Source: Eubacteriales Family XIII. Incertae Sedis bacterium
GTDB taxonomy: Bacteria > Bacillota > Clostridia > Peptostreptococcales > Anaerovoracaceae
Reading direction: 5' to 3'
Assembly (NCBI GenBank): GCA_031255695.1
Contig: JAIRSA010000072.1
Coordinates: forward strand, 1-32,994
DNA length: 32,994 nucleotides
Shown: positions 28,650 to 32,994 of the stretch, one piece after another
Position numbering within the stretch: the stretch's first letter is position 1
How the letters are laid out: each line of letters starts with the position of its first letter
Program-made: the position numbers and the translations under genes
The notes under the pieces: generated by a model
The model's database searches: none
Told to the model about the DNA's origin: nothing
The model's input: the letters and a program-made list of their open reading frames with translations, nothing else

Positions 28650-31600
28650 ATGGTAGGAAGAAATCTGACGCGCAGAAATGGCTCAATTCTTCGGAAAATG
28701 CTCGGACCGCTGTTGACCGTCATGATCTTTCAGGCAGCACTAGTTTACGGCATGTTTTTTTTGCTTGGGATCACTGAGGAGATCGAAGGCAATGCCTTTG
28801 ATAATCTGGCGGAAACCACGGAGAGCAAAAGGGAACAGTTTGAACGCGACATGAAGCAGCTGTGGGGGAATTTAGGGGATTTCTCAGATGTTGTGAACAC
28901 AAAGCTTTCAGGCATCATTGCTGTGCGCCTTGAAGAGGGCGACGGCGAGCCTTCTGTCGCGGAAATCATCGACGAGCTCACCCAGTCTGTGTCTGGCGAC
29001 CTTGTACGGCTGCTCCGCAGGAACTATGCCACAGGCGCATTTTTGATACTGAACGGCGAAGATGGCGCTGAGGCCCGCCAGGGCCTGTATTTCCGCGCCA
29101 TCGACCCCATTGGCGACATGAACGGCAATCAAGGCATAACGATAATGCGTTCCCCTGCGGGCTTCTCTGGCTTGCCAGACGGCATTTGGCCCGATCCGCT
29201 GTGGGAGCCGGATTTCACGCTTGAGCCTGGCGATCCGGCCAGCGCGTTCTATTACCGGCCATTTGCGGCCGCCCTGTCGAGCCCAGGCTCCCCGCCCGGC
29301 GCATTAGGCTACTGGTCCCCGCCTTTTGTACTCGGAGGGGAAGGCTCAGGCGGCCAGGATAGGGTGATAACGTATTCGGAGCCGCTGATGTTCAACGGCC
29401 TGCCCTACGGCGTATTTGGCGTCGAAATAAGCGAAGCCCACCTCGAATCAAGGATATATTCCGCCAGGCTGAACCTAGTCGCCGAATCAGGCTACGGGCT
29501 TATGCTTGGGGAGCGGCCGGAAGGCGGCGGGCGTAGCCAGAGCCTCAGGCCGGTCATCATGAACGGGCCCTTCCTCAAACAATCCTACGTGCCGGATCAG
29601 GACATAAGCATAGTAATGGAAGACAGCGATCTGCCCAGGCCTGAAGACATATACTCCATCACGAATCTGGACAGCCCCAAAACAGTCTACGCCGTCAAGC
29701 GGGAACTGGAATTGTACCCGGACGGCTCCCCCTTCGCCGACGAGCAGTGGTCAATATTAGGGATACAGAGCGAGGATGCCCTGCTGGGCTTTTCCAAGCA
29801 GATAAACACGCTTATGATGACGGTGCTGCTGGCGTCGATGGCCGCAGGCGTTATCGGCATCGTCCTGGTCGCGAATATGATCACCACGCCTATCCGCGAG
29901 CTCGCGTCCCAGCTGCGGAGCACCGACCCGAACGGCAAGATCCGGCTGGACAAGCTCGCGATCCTTGAAATTGACGAATTGTCGGAGTCCATAGAGACGC
30001 TGAGCGAGAAGGTGGCGGACGCCAACCGCAAACTTGCCGACATACTTGAAATGGCAAAAACGGCAATTGCTGTATTCGAATACAACGACAGGCATACGAA
30101 TCAGATCATCTATACTAAGCAGTTTGCGGAGCTGATCGGCCTGCCCGAGTCCGACGGGAGCACTATGAAGATCCCTGAATTCATAAAGGCCGTGCGCAAG
30201 CTGAAACTGGTAAAGGAATCCGTGCAGGAACCCCGTAGGGACTATATCTACAGGACATCGGGCACCGGCAAGCCGGTCTGGGTCAGGCTGCTTCTGGCAA
30301 AGGGGAAGAACAGCCTGACGGGGGTGATCACGGACGTGACGCGGGAGATGGAGGAGCTGAAGCGGCTGGAGTACGACCGAGACTATGACATACTCACGGA
30401 CGTGTACAACAGGCGGGCCTTCCACCATATCGTGTCCGGGCATTTCAGCGAGCCGGAGAAACTGGGCGTAGCCGCAGTCGTGATGCTCGACCTCGACAAC
30501 CTGAAGAATATGAACGACACCTTCGGGCATGACTACGGCGACAAATATATAAGGCTTACGGCCGCCAACCTCAAGAAGTTCGGTTCGGAGCAGACGGTTG
30601 TGGCCAGGCTCGCGGGGGACGAGTTTATAGTCTTTTTCCATGGCTACAGCGATAAATCGCAGATCCGCGCCATATGCGATATGATAAAGAACTCCATGGG
30701 GGAGGCCGCGCTCCTGCTTCCGGACGGCACGAAGGCGGCCATACAGATATCGGCAGGGATAGCGTGGTATCCGGACGATTCGGAGTCATGCGAGGAGCTG
30801 ATACGTTTTGCGGATTTCGCCATGTACACGGTCAAAAAGACGAACAAGGGGCAGTTCAAAGAATTCGACATTGGTTTCTACAATAAACATTCCTATCTCT
30901 TGTACAGCCGGAAAGAACTGGATCTCATACTCGAAAAAGAGTTGGTGTACTACCTGTTCCAGCCCATAGTGGATGCGTCGACTGGGGATGTCTACGCCTA
31001 TGAGGCCCTGATGCGGCCTATGGGCGAGACGATACAGAGCCCGGCTGCGCTGATAGCGCTGGCTCAGGCGCATTCGCGGCTGGGGCAGATCGAGACGCTG
31101 ACGCTTTTCAAGGCACTTGAGGCCTTTGTGAAATTGCCGGGGATCTACGATAGCGGCCTAAAGGTCTTCATCAATTCCATAGCGAGCCAGAAGCTGACCC
31201 AGGATGAGGAGAAGCTGCTTGAGGGGTATTATGGCAGGTATCTGGACCGGGTCGTGGTCGAGCTGACCGAGGGTGAGCGCAACGATGAGGCGATGACAAA
31301 GGAGAAGCTGGATTTCATGCGGGCGCATGGCCAGGAGCTCGCCATCGACGATTTCGGCGTGGGCTACAACAGCGAAAGCCTCATGCTGAAATATCAGCCG
31401 GACTATATAAAGATCGACATGGAGCTCATCCGCAACATCCACAATGACCCCAACCGCCAGTCGCTGGCCAAGAACCTCATCAAATATGGGAAGACGGCGG
31501 GCATCAAGATGCTTGCCGAGGGGGTGGAGAGCTTTGAGGAGATGGAGTACCTGATAAAGGCGGGGATCGATCTGCTCCAGGGCTACTATATCTGCCGCCC

Positions 31601-31673
31601 GATGAATATGCCGCCGACATCGATACCCGCGCTCAAGGAAGAGATACGCAGGGCGGCCAACGGCGAAGGCTGA
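28650..31673 (+). CDS. membrane-bound GGDEF-EAL (c-di-GMP turnover) protein with a large extracytoplasmic sensor domain
   Basis: Two TM segments flank a ~340-aa domain. The GGDEF domain has AGDEF at the active-site motif (RLAGDEFIVFF). The EAL domain motifs look intact (YEALMRP, DDFGVGYN, KIDMELIR, LAEGVES, LQGYY). Confidence 0.85.
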   Translation: MVGRNLTRRNGSILRKMLGPLLTVMIFQAALVYGMFFLLGITEEIEGNAFDNLAETTESKREQFERDMKQLWGNLGDFSDVVNTKLSGIIAVRLEEGDGEPSVAEIIDELTQSVSGDLVRLLRRNYATGAFLILNGEDGAEARQGLYFRAIDPIGDMNGNQGITIMRSPAGFSGLPDGIWPDPLWEPDFTLEPGDPASAFYYRPFAAALSSPGSPPGALGYWSPPFVLGGEGSGGQDRVITYSEPLMFNGLPYGVFGVEISEAHLESRIYSARLNLVAESGYGLMLGERPEGGGRSQSLRPVIMNGPFLKQSYVPDQDISIVMEDSDLPRPEDIYSITNLDSPKTVYAVKRELELYPDGSPFADEQWSILGIQSEDALLGFSKQINTLMMTVLLASMAAGVIGIVLVANMITTPIRELASQLRSTDPNGKIRLDKLAILEIDELSESIETLSEKVADANRKLADILEMAKTAIAVFEYNDRHTNQIIYTKQFAELIGLPESDGSTMKIPEFIKAVRKLKLVKESVQEPRRDYIYRTSGTGKPVWVRLLLAKGKNSLTGVITDVTREMEELKRLEYDRDYDILTDVYNRRAFHHIVSGHFSEPEKLGVAAVVMLDLDNLKNMNDTFGHDYGDKYIRLTAANLKKFGSEQTVVARLAGDEFIVFFHGYSDKSQIRAICDMIKNSMGEAALLLPDGTKAAIQISAGIAWYPDDSESCEELIRFADFAMYTVKKTNKGQFKEFDIGFYNKHSYLLYSRKELDLILEKELVYYLFQPIVDASTGDVYAYEALMRPMGETIQSPAALIALAQAHSRLGQIETLTLFKALEAFVKLPGIYDSGLKVFINSIASQKLTQDEEKLLEGYYGRYLDRVVVELTEGERNDEAMTKEKLDFMRAHGQELAIDDFGVGYNSESLMLKYQPDYIKIDMELIRNIHNDPNRQSLAKNLIKYGKTAGIKMLAEGVESFEEMEYLIKAGIDLLQGYYICRPMNMPPTSIPALKEEIRRAANGEG

Positions 31674-31863
31674 CGCGGCGGCCGGTGCAGGCGGCGGGCC
31701 GGCAACGTCATATGGCGCAGCGGGCGGGCCGCCGCGCCAAGTGCGCCATGCTGGCCGCCGGCGCCGCCAGCACATAGGGCCGGACGGGCGGGCAGCACGC
31801 CGCCAGCCGCCGCACTAGCTGGTGCCAGGCGTGCCAGGCTGTGACCGAAGCGCCCACAGCGCC

Positions 31864-31940
31864 GCCGCGCCGAGTGCGCTGGGCTTGCCGGAGCGCTGCC
31901 GCGCCGAGTGCGCCGGGCTTGCCGAAGCGCCGCCGCGCCA
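31864..31940. repeat. 34-nt tandem repeat (~2.3 copies) between the convergent GGDEF-EAL and deoD genes
   Basis: GCCGCGCCGAGTGCGC recurs at 31864 and 31898, with a partial copy at 31932. Confidence 0.85.
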
Positions 31941-31955
31941 GGCCTGACGCCGCCA

Positions 31956-32663
31956 TTACGAGACCGCTGTGTCCAGCGCGATCCTCACCATATCCGTAAA
32001 CGTCTCCTCGCGCTCCTTCGGGCTTGTCTCCTCGCCGGTGACGAAGTGGTTGCTCATGGTCAGGATGGCCAAGGCGTTCACGCCGTTGACGGCCGCATTC
32101 ATATATAAAGCGGCGGCCTCCATCTCGACGCACAGCACGCCCATGGCCGCCCATTTCTTCCACCATCCATCCTCGACCTCGTAAAAGACATCGCTTGTGA
32201 GAATATTGCCGGCATGGGCGCCGATGGAGAGCGCCTCGGCTGCCGCGTGCGCCTTTAGGAGTAGTTCCCAGCTCGCTGTCGGGGCGAGCGTGCCGTTCAG
32301 CTGGAAGGTATGCGCATAGTTGGAATCGGTCGATGCAGACACCCCAAGCACCACATCCTTGATTTTCAGTTTGCTGCTGAAGGCGCCGGCAGTGCCGATG
32401 CGGATGAGGTTCTGGACATTGTATTCGGTGATCAGCTCCCACGTGTAGATCCCGATGGAGGGCATGCCCATGCCCGTGCCCTGGACTGAGACAGGGACGC
32501 CCTTGTACGTGCCGGTGAACCCGAACATCCCGCGGATCTCATTGTAGCACACCGGGCTACCCAGGAAATTCTCGGCGATGAACTTCGCCCGCAGCGGATC
32601 GCCCGGCAATAAAACAGATTCAGCTATCTGGCCGGCAGACGCGGCATTGATATGTGTTGACAT
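31956..32663 (-). CDS. deoD: purine nucleoside phosphorylase, DeoD type
   Basis: 235 aa with PNP/UDP-family motifs (LLPGDPLRAKFIAENFL, VQGTGMGMPSIGIY, VEMEAAALY). ATG 32663 is preferred over GTG 32675 because of its GAGGTG SD. Confidence 0.9.
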   Translation of the reverse strand: MSTHINAASAGQIAESVLLPGDPLRAKFIAENFLGSPVCYNEIRGMFGFTGTYKGVPVSVQGTGMGMPSIGIYTWELITEYNVQNLIRIGTAGAFSSKLKIKDVVLGVSASTDSNYAHTFQLNGTLAPTASWELLLKAHAAAEALSIGAHAGNILTSDVFYEVEDGWWKKWAAMGVLCVEMEAAALYMNAAVNGVNALAILTMSNHFVTGEETSPKEREETFTDMVRIALDTAVS

Positions 32664-32727
32664 GGAGCACCTCACTTTCCACTTTCCTTTTCATAGTCAT
32701 GCAGTTTTTCCTTGACTTCTCTCATTA

Positions 32728-32755
32728 ATTGTACGCGGCTGTCCCGATAAGTCAA
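32728..32755 (-). promoter_or_regulatory. deoD promoter (TTGACT-16-TACAAT on the - strand)
   Basis: -35 at 32755-32750 and -10 at 32733-32728. Confidence 0.5.
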
Positions 32756-32850
32756 CAGCTAAATGAGAAAAAACCGCATTAATATGCAGATGTCATTCGA
32801 AAGTCCCCTACGCTTTATGCGCAGCTACCCCCATCACGCGCCTATCACTG

Positions 32851-32913
32851 CGTGCGCCGCAGGACGTCAGATCATAGCGCAAATCTTGGCCAGTTTTAAT
32901 CGAAGAACAGTAT
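32851..32913. repeat. half copy of the 28432-28593 element (right arm only)
   Basis: ...GCGCCGCAGGACGTCAGATCATAGCGCAAATCTTGGCCAGTTTTAATCGAAGAACAGTAT aligns with 28531-28593 (...GCGCCTAGCAGGACAGCAAATCATCACGCAAATCTTATCTGCGTTTCAATCGGAGAACAGTAT). Confidence 0.5.
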
Positions 32914-32994
32914 CGGTAATCTTTCTTTGATTTTTACATGGAATTAGTGTAAAATGAATTAGGTGGCCATGATAGACGATGGACGGCGGAATCA

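Noticed and set aside
32969-32994. Possible start of a + strand gene (ATG 32969, MIDDGRRN...) after the TTGATT-17-TAAAAT promoter
   Set aside because: Only 26 nt remain in the window, which is too little to call a CDS.

Overview
This is a high-GC (roughly 60%) Firmicutes/Clostridia-like chromosomal segment that looks mostly core-metabolic. On the + strand there is a 5'-truncated PucR-family regulator. It is followed by a translationally coupled hyuA-hyuB-cupin-M24 peptidase operon, an ~860-bp ORF-free AT-rich then purine-rich gap, and an AraC regulator. On the - strand there is a complete Pho locus, pstS-pstC-pstA-pstB-phoU-phoP-phoR, in which pstC is interrupted by a single in-frame TAG. purF and an orphan ANTAR regulator follow. 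The + strand then carries niaR plus a NiaX-like transporter, a type III glutamine synthetase behind an attenuator-like leader, pyrG, a large SLH S-layer protein and a GGDEF-EAL protein. deoD lies on the - strand at the end. I saw no rRNA/tRNA genes, cas genes, transposases, phage genes or recognisable defence genes, and I cannot point to a clear novel multi-gene protein system. The unusual content is noncoding or structural. (1) Locally generated GC-rich tandem duplications occur in nearly every intergenic spacer, and in-frame inside three conserved proteins. Several of these copy the stop-codon context of the upstream gene. (2) The long ORF-free region has strong promoters and a (GACATA)n array. 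(3) A ~200-nt array of ATGGAR units sits in front of pstS. (4) A 162-bp long-hairpin MITE-like element has a half copy 4 kb away. (5) The glutamine synthetase leader has mutually exclusive antiterminator and terminator hairpins near a pseudo-receiver ANTAR protein. All functional calls come from motif recognition by eye; no searches were run.
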